From a bacterium (GTDB taxonomy: Bacteria; Patescibacteriota; Minisyncoccia; Phycocordibacterales; GWA1-40-21), in assembly GCA_037131755.1 (NCBI GenBank), contig JBAXQJ010000001.1:16176-80175 (forward strand): 64,000 nt of DNA, in the 5' to 3' direction. Shown here piece by piece: positions 9,368-20,127 of the stretch. The position numbers were made by a program, and so were the translations under genes. Within the stretch, counting starts at the first letter, position 1. Each line of letters begins with the position of its first letter. The notes beneath the pieces are model-generated. The model saw only the letters and a program-made list of their open reading frames with translations. It did not search any database and had not been told where the DNA came from.

Positions 9368-11450
9368 TTGGTTTTGTCGATTCCGCTGGAGTGACTGGAG
9401 CTGATGGAGAAATCACAACAGGTTTTGAGGGTGGGGACAGATGGCGTGTTCCCTCAGCGAGCCAATTCAAACCCTCTGCTATATATCGTGGTACTATCCA
9501 TCCTGTCTGATTAACACCATATTCCAATGCGAAATCCGACTTTTTGGTAACACTTTCCGCTTCAGTATATGTCACATCCTCTATTGTGGCTAGCGGCTCC
9601 GTATCGAATTTGAATAATTTCAGGTTTGCCAAAATAAATGATTGCTCAAAACTTCGTCCGCATGGGTCGCCGACCTTTTCAGGCAATTCATAGGCTAAAC
9701 GAATGAAGTCATGAGTTTTCTCCGCATCTGTTTTTACTGCGAGTGCGCCTGGACTGATCGTCTTGTCATTGAACCAGTCTTTAATACAGGCATTACTCGT
9801 GTGAGTGCCTCCCGACACTTTACAAGCGATATATTTCTTTTTGTCATTCTGTATTGTCGAATCCAAATCTGTAATGACCAATGTTCGCAGTTCAAGAAAC
9901 TTAAGAAAATCAAAGAAAAGGTGGGCGTAAGCTCCCCCTACTTCCACCACCGAAATGTATTGGCTAGATAGGGGGCGCATAGTCGCAGACATTTTCGCAT
10001 CGACCTGCGGAATCATTAATGGCAGCAATATTCGTTCAGTGGTACCCTCGATAAAAATCGCCTTATCAGCAAACAGTAGGTCGCAGCGCGTCAGGGTCAT
10101 ATACTTATGGACAAATTCACGAGCCGCGGGCGCGGTAGAACTGAGTCCTTGTTGTAAATCTTTTATGACTGTGGAGCGGATGCTGGGCGAATGTTCATCC
10201 GATGTAGCCAAACAATAACGCATAGAATCAAATGGCGCCTTATTGGCGAGATGCGATGAGTGTGTCGTCACAACAAATTGAACAGGCCACGGAATTCCTT
10301 TGTTAAATGTGTCCGCAAAAACTTTGGCAATTTCTGCAAGTTTACAAATAAATACTTCCTGCATTTGCGGATGAAGGTGGGCTTCGGGTTCCTCAATAAA
10401 CACAAGATGTGTTACTGGCGCAGTTGGCAGAGTTTTAAAAGACTTAAAAAACTCCAGCAGTTTCAACAGAATATAGATTAGATTGCGTGCGCCCAAGCCA
10501 TTGTATGCTTCGGGCAGGTTGATCCCGTTTACGCCTGCATAATGCACTTTAGTGTGATCAGTTAGAAGGCGCTTAACATCTAATGTTGTTTCGGTAATTA
10601 AACCAGGATCGTTGAAACCTGGATATCCAAACAATGAAAATGCCGGAATCAAACCAGCAAGTTCAGTGTTAAAACCCTCGTCTATATTCTTTTGAATATC
10701 TTTTACTGCTGCCTCAAGTTTAAGAGCAATATCACGATCCTTCGAGTCGGCTGAGTCGGCTGTGGCATTTGCGAGAAGTCCTTCGAGGATTTTCCCCAAA
10801 ACATCCTTGTCACGGTGGCTAATATCATCCAAGCCGCGCTGCGCATTGATGAATCCACTTTGTATTAGAGCGCGGAGGGTAGACCAATCTACAGGCTTTT
10901 GGTTACTGGAATCATGAGGATCCTCAGCAAACACATTTGATGTGTAACACTTCGAGAGCCTTTCTTTAATACTTCGGAAAAAATCGATTTTGGTTAGTTT
11001 CTTGGCAGCAACTTCCCCAGTCGAAAGCTCCGCGAATAAAGAGTCAATTTCGCCAGATTTGAGCTCGTATCGGATAACGATGCAGGTATCTGTGCAATCG
11101 GGGTTCAAATCAATGATGAATTCCGAAAGCGGGCCAAAACTCGGGGTGCCTTTTTCATAGCGTACTGTTAGTCGAACTTCAATTACAGGGAGTGATGCGC
11201 GAATCTTGTCTTCGTCGACGCTAGTGGTCTTTAATATAAATGCCGTCCAGAAGTCCTCATGCGATGCAAGTGAGAAGTCCTCAAGTTGGAATGTGGGCGA
11301 TTTGTCCTGCAACAGACGTCGAAATAATTCAGTGAGCGAGGTCTTGCCACTATTGTTACGTCCTACAATGACAGTCGTTTGCTTTTCGAAGCAAAGCTGA
11401 ACTTTCCTCAATAATCGGAAGTTTTTGATTTCGACTTTATGAATATGCAT
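9360..11450 (-). CDS. gajA: OLD-family ABC-ATPase/TOPRIM nuclease, Gabija GajA-type
   Basis: GRNNSGKT, IEEPEAHLHPQ, VTTHS, FIEGTTE, ITDLDS. Confidence 0.85.
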   Translation of the reverse strand: MHIHKVEIKNFRLLRKVQLCFEKQTTVIVGRNNSGKTSLTELFRRLLQDKSPTFQLEDFSLASHEDFWTAFILKTTSVDEDKIRASLPVIEVRLTVRYEKGTPSFGPLSEFIIDLNPDCTDTCIVIRYELKSGEIDSLFAELSTGEVAAKKLTKIDFFRSIKERLSKCYTSNVFAEDPHDSSNQKPVDWSTLRALIQSGFINAQRGLDDISHRDKDVLGKILEGLLANATADSADSKDRDIALKLEAAVKDIQKNIDEGFNTELAGLIPAFSLFGYPGFNDPGLITETTLDVKRLLTDHTKVHYAGVNGINLPEAYNGLGARNLIYILLKLLEFFKSFKTLPTAPVTHLVFIEEPEAHLHPQMQEVFICKLAEIAKVFADTFNKGIPWPVQFVVTTHSSHLANKAPFDSMRYCLATSDEHSPSIRSTVIKDLQQGLSSTAPAAREFVHKYMTLTRCDLLFADKAIFIEGTTERILLPLMIPQVDAKMSATMRPLSSQYISVVEVGGAYAHLFFDFLKFLELRTLVITDLDSTIQNDKKKYIACKVSGGTHTSNACIKDWFNDKTISPGALAVKTDAEKTHDFIRLAYELPEKVGDPCGRSFEQSFILANLKLFKFDTEPLATIEDVTYTEAESVTKKSDFALEYGVNQTGWIVPRYIAEGLNWLAEGTRHLSPPSKPVVISPSAPVTPAESTKPNV

Positions 11451-11710
11451 GGTGTTTTGCTTTACTTTCTTTTAATAATAACCCGGCATTTGAATTGAGA
11501 CAAGCGATAGATGTCGGAGAGTTCAACCTTCCCTTGCTGAACTTGTTGCAGATGGAGGGGTGGCGTGACTACATTTCGACTAAGAAAGCGATTCGGTGGC
11601 GAGTTTACCAACATAGACGATAGATTTTGATAGGGATGATGAAAACAATCCTTTCGCCCTTTTAGACTTTGCCCTATACACCATTGCCGCGATTCAATAT
11701 CCTGAGGGGC

Positions 11711-14587
11711 ATGTCATCTATTTCATGGAACGAGGTACGCGACAGGGCGCTTAAGTTCTCACGAAAGTGGGCTGAAGAAACCTCCGAAAGGGCGGAGGCC
11801 AAGACGTTTTGGGACCAGTTCTTCAACGTGTTTGGCGTTGAACGCCGTGCCGTTGCTAGTTTTGAGGAACCCGTCAGGAACCTGAAGGGGAAATACAACT
11901 ACATTGACCTTTTTTGGAAAGGGACGGTTCTGGCGGAGCACAAATCCCGTGGCAAGGATTTGGATAAGGCAGGCTCGCAAGCGTTCTCATACATCCAGGA
12001 CCTTGCCCGTGATGGCCGGATGGACGAAATCCCCCGCTATATCATCGTTTCAGATTTCGACAAGATTTACCTCCATGATTTGGACCCCGATGACCAGCGT
12101 GACCTTCAACTTTTCGACCAATGGCACGTCAAGACAACAGAAATCACTCTGAAGGACCTCCACAATCATGTCAGGGCGTTCGCGTTCATCAAGGGTGAAA
12201 AGGCTGTTCGTCTTGATCCTGAAGACCCGGCCAACCAGAAGGCAACCGACATCATGGGGGAACTGCATGACACCCTCAAGGATGGCGGCTATGAGGGACA
12301 CAATCTTGAACGGTTTTTGGTGCGGGTACTATTTTGCCTGTTTGCCGATGATACGGGACTGTTCGACCAGCCCCATTGTTTTCAATCGTACATAAAAAAC
12401 CACACCAGGGAAGACGGGTCGGACCTGGGAATGAACCTTGCACAGGTATTCGAGATACTGGATACCCACGAAGACAAGCGACAGAAGAATTTGGATGATG
12501 ATCTTACCGTCTTTCCCTATGTTAACGGCGGGTTGTTCCAAGAACGTCTTCCGTTTGTGCATTTCAACAGGGCTCAAAGGGAAGCCTTGCTTGCCTGCTG
12601 CGACTTCAATTGGTCGAAAATTTCCCCGGCCGTGTTCGGGTCTCTTTTTCAGTCGGTCATGGAACCTAAGGAAAGACGGCAATCTGGTGGGCACTACACC
12701 AGCGAGCGGGACATTATGAAGGTAATACGCTCATTGTTCCTTGATGACCTTCGGGCGGAATTCGGGCTGATTGAGCGCGATAAGTCAACCCGTAGGAATA
12801 CAAGGCTTGAGGAGTTTCATAGAAAACTTGCGAACCTTCGTTTCTTTGACCCCGCATGTGGTTGCGGGAACTTTTTGGTCATCACATACAGGGAATTACG
12901 CCTCCTTGAAATAGAAGTTCTCAAGGAACTGCACGATATTGAAGTGCCAAACGAACTGCACAAAAAAACCCAGTTGGTGACTGACATTCAGCATCTTTCT
13001 CTCTTGGATGTTGATCAGATGTATGGAATCGAAATCAGCGAATGGCCTGCCAGGATTGCCGAAGTAGCCATGTGGTTGCTTGACCACCAGATGAACCAGC
13101 TGTTAAGCGAAGCTTTCGGCCAGTATTACATCAAACTTCCATTAAGGGCTTCGCCGCACATTGTCTCCGAAAATGCCCTTCGTTTGGACTGGAAGAAAGT
13201 CCTGCCTCCCGAGAAATGTAGTTTCATCCTTGGCAACCCGCCGTTCGTCGGGAAACACCTGATGGACAAGGACCAGATGGCTGATATGGTTGCAGTATGG
13301 GGCGACGTTGATGGCTCTGGTATTCTTGATTACGTCACCGCATGGTACAGGAAGGCCGCCGAATACATCAAGGGTACGGACATACTTGTCGGGTTCGTCT
13401 CCACGAATTCGATATGCCAAGGGGAACAGGTTGGTATCCTTTGGAACACGTTGTTCCAGCGATATGGCCTTAAAATATTATTCGGACACCGTACGTTCAC
13501 TTGGGAAAGCGAAGCCAGGGGAAAGGCCCACGTCCACGTGGTCATTGTCGGCTTTTATAATTCCGCCAACCCATTAAAAATGACAAAAAGGATTTACGAA
13601 TACCACAAGTCCACGGACAAGATAACAGTTGAACATGTCAAAAACATCAGCCCGTATCTGATTGAGGGTTCAGACCTTGCCGTCATGGCTCAAACCAACC
13701 CAATATGCGAAGTCCCAGCCTGCGTATACGGCAACAAGCCAACCGATGGCGGCCATTTGATCATCGAAGAAGAAGACCGGGAGTCCTTCATCAGGGAAAA
13801 TCCTGACGCAAAGAAATACATTAAGAAATTGTTATGTGCTGAAGAATACCTACATTCTGTACCCAGGTGGTGCTTGTGGCTTGTCGGGGCCTCACCAGCC
13901 GACATCAAGAACATACCAGGATTGAGGAAACGAATTGAAGCGGTGAAGACTTTCCGCCTCAACAGCAAAAAGGTTCCCACGCAAAAGAAGGCCAGTGAGC
14001 CAACCCTGTTCGCGGAAATCCGTCAGCCGAAAGGCCGGTACATTGTCATTCCACAGCACTCATCGGAATCAAGGCCTTACATTCCTTTTGGCTATTTTGA
14101 CCCCGACGTGATTATTCATAACAGTTGCACCGCCGTTCCTGATGTGTCGTTGTTCCATTTTGGGGTGATGTCATCGGCAATCCATATGGCGTGGGTCAAG
14201 TTGGTATGCGGACGCATAAAATCCGATTACCGTTATTCGAACACTCTCGTTTATAACAACTTCCCTTGGCCAGAAAAAACAGCAGACAAGCAAAGGTCAG
14301 CCGTGGAAATTGCAGCACAGAAGGTGTTGGATGCCCGCAAGGCCTTTCCTGATTCGACACTTGCCGACCTGTATGACCCCGTGGCGATGCCGCCATTGCT
14401 GGCGAAGGCCCATGCGGAATTAGATAAAGCTGTAGACAGGTGTTACTGTCTAGAATCTTTCCCCACGGACCGGCACCGGGTGGAGTTTCTTTTTGCGATG
14501 TACGAGAAGATCGCTAACCCGCTGGCCATCGGGGGCAAGGAAAAGAAAGCTAAGAAGAAACCGAAAAGTCAGACTAATCATTCTTAA
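11711..14587 (+). CDS. MmeI/YeeA-like fused restriction-modification enzyme (adenine MTase)
   Basis: N-terminal IDLFW..AEHKS nuclease motif, FDPACGCGNFL, GNPPF, YRYSNTLVYNNFPWP C-terminus. Confidence 0.9.
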   Translation: MSSISWNEVRDRALKFSRKWAEETSERAEAKTFWDQFFNVFGVERRAVASFEEPVRNLKGKYNYIDLFWKGTVLAEHKSRGKDLDKAGSQAFSYIQDLARDGRMDEIPRYIIVSDFDKIYLHDLDPDDQRDLQLFDQWHVKTTEITLKDLHNHVRAFAFIKGEKAVRLDPEDPANQKATDIMGELHDTLKDGGYEGHNLERFLVRVLFCLFADDTGLFDQPHCFQSYIKNHTREDGSDLGMNLAQVFEILDTHEDKRQKNLDDDLTVFPYVNGGLFQERLPFVHFNRAQREALLACCDFNWSKISPAVFGSLFQSVMEPKERRQSGGHYTSERDIMKVIRSLFLDDLRAEFGLIERDKSTRRNTRLEEFHRKLANLRFFDPACGCGNFLVITYRELRLLEIEVLKELHDIEVPNELHKKTQLVTDIQHLSLLDVDQMYGIEISEWPARIAEVAMWLLDHQMNQLLSEAFGQYYIKLPLRASPHIVSENALRLDWKKVLPPEKCSFILGNPPFVGKHLMDKDQMADMVAVWGDVDGSGILDYVTAWYRKAAEYIKGTDILVGFVSTNSICQGEQVGILWNTLFQRYGLKILFGHRTFTWESEARGKAHVHVVIVGFYNSANPLKMTKRIYEYHKSTDKITVEHVKNISPYLIEGSDLAVMAQTNPICEVPACVYGNKPTDGGHLIIEEEDRESFIRENPDAKKYIKKLLCAEEYLHSVPRWCLWLVGASPADIKNIPGLRKRIEAVKTFRLNSKKVPTQKKASEPTLFAEIRQPKGRYIVIPQHSSESRPYIPFGYFDPDVIIHNSCTAVPDVSLFHFGVMSSAIHMAWVKLVCGRIKSDYRYSNTLVYNNFPWPEKTADKQRSAVEIAAQKVLDARKAFPDSTLADLYDPVAMPPLLAKAHAELDKAVDRCYCLESFPTDRHRVEFLFAMYEKIANPLAIGGKEKKAKKKPKSQTNHS

Positions 14588-15092
14588 AAATTTCGGTTTT
14601 GATCAATTCGGACACATCGCGCATCCTATCAACGTACAGTAACCCATTCAGGTGGTCAATTTCATGTGCAATTACTCTTGCCAAGAAGCCTTCGGCTTTG
14701 AGTGCTCGATTTGAACCAAAACGGTCTTGATATGAAATGCTAATTTTAGTTCTTCTTTCAACTTCGCCCGCATAATCAGGCAAGGACATACATGATTCCT
14801 TTTTTTTATCCTTTTTCCCGCTAGTTTCCAACACTTTTGGATTTACCAGAATTAACGTATCCTGCGATTTGTTTTTGTTTATATTTATAATCGTAAGCTT
14901 TAGTCGGATGCCAACCTGTGGTGCTGCTAAACCTATTGCGATTTTATGAGCTATAAAGGTCTCAACCAAATCATTAACTATCTCTTGAAATACCGGGCCA
15001 AAATCCAAGACCTCTTCACAGGCTACTCTAAGAGGCGGCTCTTTTGAACCGATTTCTTCAAGCTTGAGTTGTACTAGGGGTAAAATGCTCAT
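14574..15092 (-). CDS. def: Peptide deformylase (island-borne)
   Basis: IGLAAPQVG, ESCMSLP (EGCLS variant), HEIDHLNG. Confidence 0.92.
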   Translation of the reverse strand: MSILPLVQLKLEEIGSKEPPLRVACEEVLDFGPVFQEIVNDLVETFIAHKIAIGLAAPQVGIRLKLTIININKNKSQDTLILVNPKVLETSGKKDKKKESCMSLPDYAGEVERRTKISISYQDRFGSNRALKAEGFLARVIAHEIDHLNGLLYVDRMRDVSELIKTEIFKND

Positions 15093-15100
15093 GATAATGA

Positions 15101-15898
15101 TTAATTCATAATCCACTTTATTTCGTAGTGATATAGCAACTTAGGATTCGGAACAACCCATGATACTTCTCCATGCTTGTCCAAGGGTTTGGTGAACGAA
15201 TCCAGCGGCTTCCGCGATCCTATAGCGCTTGAAGTCTCACAAGTAACTTCTCTAACACCAAAACTTAATGGAAGTGATACATTAAGCTTAAGAGAATCTG
15301 TGGGTTCTTCCATCGTCGCTGAACAAAATGGAACAGCAACCTTCTCCAAGTCCTCAAGTTCCCATATAGCTTCGGTGTTGATACTTTCGCCCTTTTTTAA
15401 GGTTTTCTGTAGCCGAATTTCGTACGCATTCCAAATGTTTCGTTTCACAGTCTCAACTATATTATGTTCAGGAATACCACTTCTGAGAACTACTTTTCCT
15501 CTGCCTGTCCAGCGATATATATCTCTGTATACATCAAGACCGTTCTTTAAAGATTTAATGCATGTTCTCTTCTTATAACGCATATGAGTCTTGTCCACAT
15601 ACTCATAAGTTATTTCCCGTTCCAGAATTTTAAAGTCAAAGTCCAGTCGCGGAAAATTCGGACGGTGTCGGTCATGTTTCCTGTATATTGCCAACAATGC
15701 AAATGATATTGCAGTGCCAAACAGAATACCAATTTGGTATTTATACGGATCAAGAGATGTTATCTTGAGTGCGAGTATCTTCGAGCTCAACAAAGTTACA
15801 GCATATGCAAGAATGATCGCTAGACTATATTTAACAATATCATATAGCCCCTTCTTCAGAAAGTCCCGCCTTAATGACTCAATAAAATTATCGGCCAT
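15101..15898 (-). CDS. 2-TM protein with beta-rich C-terminal domain, directly upstream of def
   Basis: Two N-terminal hydrophobic helices; stop 8 bp before def ATG. Confidence 0.75.
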   Translation of the reverse strand: MADNFIESLRRDFLKKGLYDIVKYSLAIILAYAVTLLSSKILALKITSLDPYKYQIGILFGTAISFALLAIYRKHDRHRPNFPRLDFDFKILEREITYEYVDKTHMRYKKRTCIKSLKNGLDVYRDIYRWTGRGKVVLRSGIPEHNIVETVKRNIWNAYEIRLQKTLKKGESINTEAIWELEDLEKVAVPFCSATMEEPTDSLKLNVSLPLSFGVREVTCETSSAIGSRKPLDSFTKPLDKHGEVSWVVPNPKLLYHYEIKWIMN

Positions 15899-16142
15899 TT
15901 TTAACCTAATCTTTCTGTATCGACGGTACGTATAAAAATAAACAATCCCATCGTTTATTGTGACAAGTCACTACACGTAAGTGATCTTTTTATGATGAAT
16001 ATATACTTAACCCATATTTCAATAATATCAAAATAGATGATCAATGTCAAATACTAGACAAGAGTTTTGCGTTTACGAAACGCACGTATTATGGAGGATT
16101 TTATTGACTCCCTGACCGACTTACCCCACATAATACAGGCAA

Positions 16143-16715
16143 ATGGAGGTGTTTATGTTCAGCAAATCAAAACCTACGCAAGCCAACGTCCTCAGCCACT
16201 GGTACACTCCTGTTCCGAACTTCAGCATGTCCACCAAGGAATTCTACGACAAGGTGGAGAGAGAGCTTGGAACACAACAAGTGCCTGGCCTTAAAATATC
16301 CCGCCCTGAGCTTTCAGAAGGTGGGCTGTTTGCGGCCAAGCGTCAATATCTGCGCCTGAAACGGGATGACGTGTTGTTTGACATCTGTGCCTGTCCATTT
16401 GGTGTCAATTACTTCTTCTCCTGCCGTTTTGCAGCCACACCTCCTACTGGTCTCAAAGTATTGATTTCAAAGATCATCAACCTGATTCTGGAAAAGCTGA
16501 ATCTACGACTTGTCGATACATATCATAAGGAAGACACCCGTCTTATGTATATGACCGTGGTGGAAGGTGTCGTCAAGAAACTGGTGGAACAGGAAACAGC
16601 GGCCAAAGGCATTAAACTCTTGGATGAATACGAGCATGCTCCAATCCTGGGGGATCTGTATAAGTCGAAAAGAAAGATCTTAGACCAGAACCAAGTTGAG
16701 GTTATTGAGGCATAA
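16143..16715 (+). CDS. Hypothetical protein coupled to the VirD4-like ATPase
   Basis: 190-aa ORF ending 3 bp before 16719. Confidence 0.75.
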   Translation: MEVFMFSKSKPTQANVLSHWYTPVPNFSMSTKEFYDKVERELGTQQVPGLKISRPELSEGGLFAAKRQYLRLKRDDVLFDICACPFGVNYFFSCRFAATPPTGLKVLISKIINLILEKLNLRLVDTYHKEDTRLMYMTVVEGVVKKLVEQETAAKGIKLLDEYEHAPILGDLYKSKRKILDQNQVEVIEA

Positions 16716-16718
16716 CCA

Positions 16719-19700
16719 ATGGCCTCAATTGATGAGAAGTTCAGTGAGCAGTTCTATCACTGGGAACGGCGAGGGCGGGGCTGGCAGGTTTTTGATGAGC
16801 CAGTTTCACCTGAACCGCCTTTCCGTCCCTTCTATATATCCCCGGATGCCCCCATCATTGATGACGGGGCTCGACCGACTGTTCTGAGTGCCTGGGCGAA
16901 TCGATTGAAAGGTTTGGTTGGCGGAGGTGGACAATCGGTTGCTGTCACCAAAGCTTTACCCTCTGATATTGAAGAGCCCGAACCGCAATCACTGATCCGG
17001 GATGAATTGATTGAACTCCAAGTCGTCCTACCGGTGAATCTGAATATCCGGAGGGATGATTTCGAAGAATTCCTCTTGGCAATGTCGCTTTGTAATGAGC
17101 CGATTACCTTTGAAGTCCTCGGCCTATCCTCCCATATCTCCGTGCAATTGGTTGCACATCCCTCTGATGAGCAAATGGTCATTCAGAGATTGAAGGCCTT
17201 CTTCCCTGAAGCCAGTTTCTTGCCTCGGAAAAACGCACTGATTGATGCTTGGGTGAAAGAGCCAGACAGTTATACCGGGGTGGTTGAATTCGGTTTAGCC
17301 AGACCTTTTATGTTTCCTCTGGCAACTCGGCGAGTGGACCCCTTTGTCGGCATCATTGGGGCGTTGTCGGAACTGACAAATGATGAGTTGGGGTTATTCC
17401 AAGTCATCTTCCAGCCAGTGCAAGCTCCATGGGCAGAAAGCATGCTGGATGCCATTACAGACCATCAAGGCGGGGCTTTGTTTGTTAATGTCCCAGAATT
17501 AACAACAGCTGCCAAAGAAAAAGTATCCAGCCCCATCTATGCCGCCGTCGTGCGTATTGCTACGCAATCCCCATCAATTGAGCGGGCTTGGGAGATTGCC
17601 CGTAATCTATCAGGAGCCCTCACGGTCTTTGCTCATCCCCATGGTAATGAACTAATTCCGCTCCGTAATGATGACTATCCCTTTGATCTGCATATTGAAG
17701 ATGTCTTGCGGCGGCAATCTCGGCGTACCGGGATGCTCCTAAACAGCACGGAATTGGTCGGCTTCGTTCATTTACCATCGGTTGATGTTCGCTCGTCTAA
17801 ACTGGAACGATATACAGTTAAAACCAAACGGGCTCCGCAATCAGTCCGTAAGGATGAAGGGCTATATTTAGGGGACAATTTACATAATGGGGAGGCGGTG
17901 TCAGTCGCCCTGTCACCGGAGCAACGTGTCCGGCATACGCATGTGATTGGTGCTAGTGGTACCGGCAAGTCCACCCTGCTATTCAATCTCATTCGTCAAG
18001 ATATTGAGAATGGTGATGGGGTGGCGGTGCTAGACCCTCATGGCGATCTGGTGGACCAGCTTTTGGGTATTATCCCTGAAAATCGCATTAATGATGTCAT
18101 TTTGCTTGATCCCTCCGATGAGGAATACTCCATCGGCTTCAACATCCTATCCGCCCATTCAGAACTCGAAAAGAACCTGCTGGCCTCAGACTTGGTTTCC
18201 GTCTTCCAGCGCTTGTCCTCCAGTTGGGGTGATCAAATGGGGTCAGTGTTGAATAATGCGATATTGGCTTTCCTCGAAAGCAGCAAGGGTGGGACACTGG
18301 CGGATCTCCGTCGTTTCCTTTTAGAGTCAGATTTTCGGAATGCTTTCCTGGAAACGGTCAATGATCCTGAAGTGGTGTATTACTGGCGCAAGGTCTTCTC
18401 ACAACTGTCCGGTAACAAGTCCATCGGGCCAGTGTTGACTAGATTGGATACTTTTCTCGGGCGGAAACCAATTCGCTATATGGTCAGACAGTCCACCAAC
18501 CGGCTTGATTTCGGGAACATCCTCGATACCGGCAAAATCTTCTTGGCCAAGCTACCGCAAGGTATCGTTGGTCGGGAGAATTCATATTTGCTAGGTACGC
18601 TCCTTGTTTCCAAATTCCAGCAATTAGCAATGGCGCGGCAAAAGCAGGTGGCCGCCAGCCGTAAAGACTTCTGGCTCTATATTGATGAGTTCCATAATTT
18701 TATTACGCCGTCCATGGCTGAAATCTTATCTGGCGCTCGCAAATATCGACTTGGCCTAACTCTGGCCCATCAGGAATTGCGCCAATTACAAAGGGACTCT
18801 GAAGTGGCCAGTGCAGTCTTGTCAAATGCTGGCACACGGATTTGTTTCCGGGTTGGTGATGATGATGCTAAGAAATTAGCTGATGGTTTTTCGCTCTTTG
18901 AAGCTCAAGACTTGCGGAATCTGGACACTGGTAAAGCGGTCTGTCGAGTTGAGCGTAGTGATTATGACTTCAATCTGACCGTCCCTCTACCGGATCAGCT
19001 TGATGAGGAAGCCATGGAGGATCGCCGCCACTCCGTTATCCTGGCCTCTCGCTCCAAATATGCCACCTCTTGCTCAGAGCTTGAAAAAGCTTTCAAGGAG
19101 GCCGCAGAGACTAGACCGGTTATACCGGAACCAAAGAAAAAAGCTCCATTTGTAGTTGTAAAAAGCAAAGGACCGGAACCTACACCGTTACCGATAGAGA
19201 CTCCGCAACCAGTCATTCCACTTGAGAATATTCCGGCTCCTCGACAGACAACCGCCGATCTAGGCCGAGGGGGTGCCCAACATCAGGCGATACAGCAAAG
19301 ACTCAAGGTAGAAGCCGAAGCCGTCGGCTTTCGTGTCATTGTTGAGAAGCCAACCCCTGACGGCGGCAGCATTGATCTAGTCTTGAGTCGGGGCGGAATA
19401 TCCTTGGCTTGTGAAATTGAAGTGACTACTTCAATGGATCATAAGGTGAAGAATGTTTCTAAATGCCTCAAGGGTGGGTATCAGCAAGTCATTGTTATCA
19501 CCCAACAGGAAGGCGATTTGAAGAAACTGAAGATTGCGGTCGATAGCAGTTTGGGAGAAGAAAAGGCCCAGCCTGTCCTATACTTCCTTCCGGATCAGTT
19601 TATTGAATATATCCAGACGATACCGCAAGAGGTCGTGGTGCCGAAACCAGATCAACCGAAAATCCGGCGTGGTTTCAAAGTGCGAACCAACCACATTGCA

Positions 19701-19790
19701 TTATCTCCCCAGGAAATGCAGGCACGAGAGGGTGCGGCGATTGCTGCAATTGCCGAAGCGATGAAAAACGGTTCAACGCAATTTGCCTAA
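16719..19790 (+). CDS. Type IV coupling protein-like / HerA-FtsK ATPase with C-terminal nuclease-like domain
   Basis: HTHVIGASGTGKS, LDPHGDL, LYIDEFHNF, ARKYRLGLTLAHQ; C-terminal IDLV..ACEIE resembles PD-(D/E)xK. Confidence 0.85.
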   Translation: MASIDEKFSEQFYHWERRGRGWQVFDEPVSPEPPFRPFYISPDAPIIDDGARPTVLSAWANRLKGLVGGGGQSVAVTKALPSDIEEPEPQSLIRDELIELQVVLPVNLNIRRDDFEEFLLAMSLCNEPITFEVLGLSSHISVQLVAHPSDEQMVIQRLKAFFPEASFLPRKNALIDAWVKEPDSYTGVVEFGLARPFMFPLATRRVDPFVGIIGALSELTNDELGLFQVIFQPVQAPWAESMLDAITDHQGGALFVNVPELTTAAKEKVSSPIYAAVVRIATQSPSIERAWEIARNLSGALTVFAHPHGNELIPLRNDDYPFDLHIEDVLRRQSRRTGMLLNSTELVGFVHLPSVDVRSSKLERYTVKTKRAPQSVRKDEGLYLGDNLHNGEAVSVALSPEQRVRHTHVIGASGTGKSTLLFNLIRQDIENGDGVAVLDPHGDLVDQLLGIIPENRINDVILLDPSDEEYSIGFNILSAHSELEKNLLASDLVSVFQRLSSSWGDQMGSVLNNAILAFLESSKGGTLADLRRFLLESDFRNAFLETVNDPEVVYYWRKVFSQLSGNKSIGPVLTRLDTFLGRKPIRYMVRQSTNRLDFGNILDTGKIFLAKLPQGIVGRENSYLLGTLLVSKFQQLAMARQKQVAASRKDFWLYIDEFHNFITPSMAEILSGARKYRLGLTLAHQELRQLQRDSEVASAVLSNAGTRICFRVGDDDAKKLADGFSLFEAQDLRNLDTGKAVCRVERSDYDFNLTVPLPDQLDEEAMEDRRHSVILASRSKYATSCSELEKAFKEAAETRPVIPEPKKKAPFVVVKSKGPEPTPLPIETPQPVIPLENIPAPRQTTADLGRGGAQHQAIQQRLKVEAEAVGFRVIVEKPTPDGGSIDLVLSRGGISLACEIEVTTSMDHKVKNVSKCLKGGYQQVIVITQQEGDLKKLKIAVDSSLGEEKAQPVLYFLPDQFIEYIQTIPQEVVVPKPDQPKIRRGFKVRTNHIALSPQEMQAREGAAIAAIAEAMKNGSTQFA

Positions 19791-19857
19791 CATGACGAAC
19801 TGAGCAAAACAGGTATACACCCTGCAATTCTTATTAGGCGGATTAAGATTTACTGAC

Positions 19858-20127
19858 CTATACACGGCGGCATTGTCTTCTTATTGCCGCCTCAATCTCC
19901 GCTGGCACCTGCACACCATCACTCTCAATCTGGAAATTGCATACATTGCAACGCATCGCGGCACTTATACTTTCTTCCACGAGCCCCTGATGAACACTCC
20001 AGGTCACTTTAACAGAACCCTTGCATGTAGGACATTCGAACTGCTTCACCGGACTAAGAGTATTACGAATAATTTCTTGATTAAAAGCTGTCAGTATTTC
20101 ATTGGTGTTTTGCGGCATATTTACCAT
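19858..20127 (-). CDS. Putative immunity protein for the Rhs toxin (CxxC...CxxC)
   Basis: ATG overlaps the Rhs stop; CPTC and CNVC. Confidence 0.6.
   Translation of the reverse strand: MVNMPQNTNEILTAFNQEIIRNTLSPVKQFECPTCKGSVKVTWSVHQGLVEESISAAMRCNVCNFQIESDGVQVPAEIEAAIRRQCRRV

Noticed and set aside
16143-19790. Complete conjugative element
   Set aside because: Only a coupling-protein-like ATPase is seen; no relaxase, VirB4 or integrase recognised
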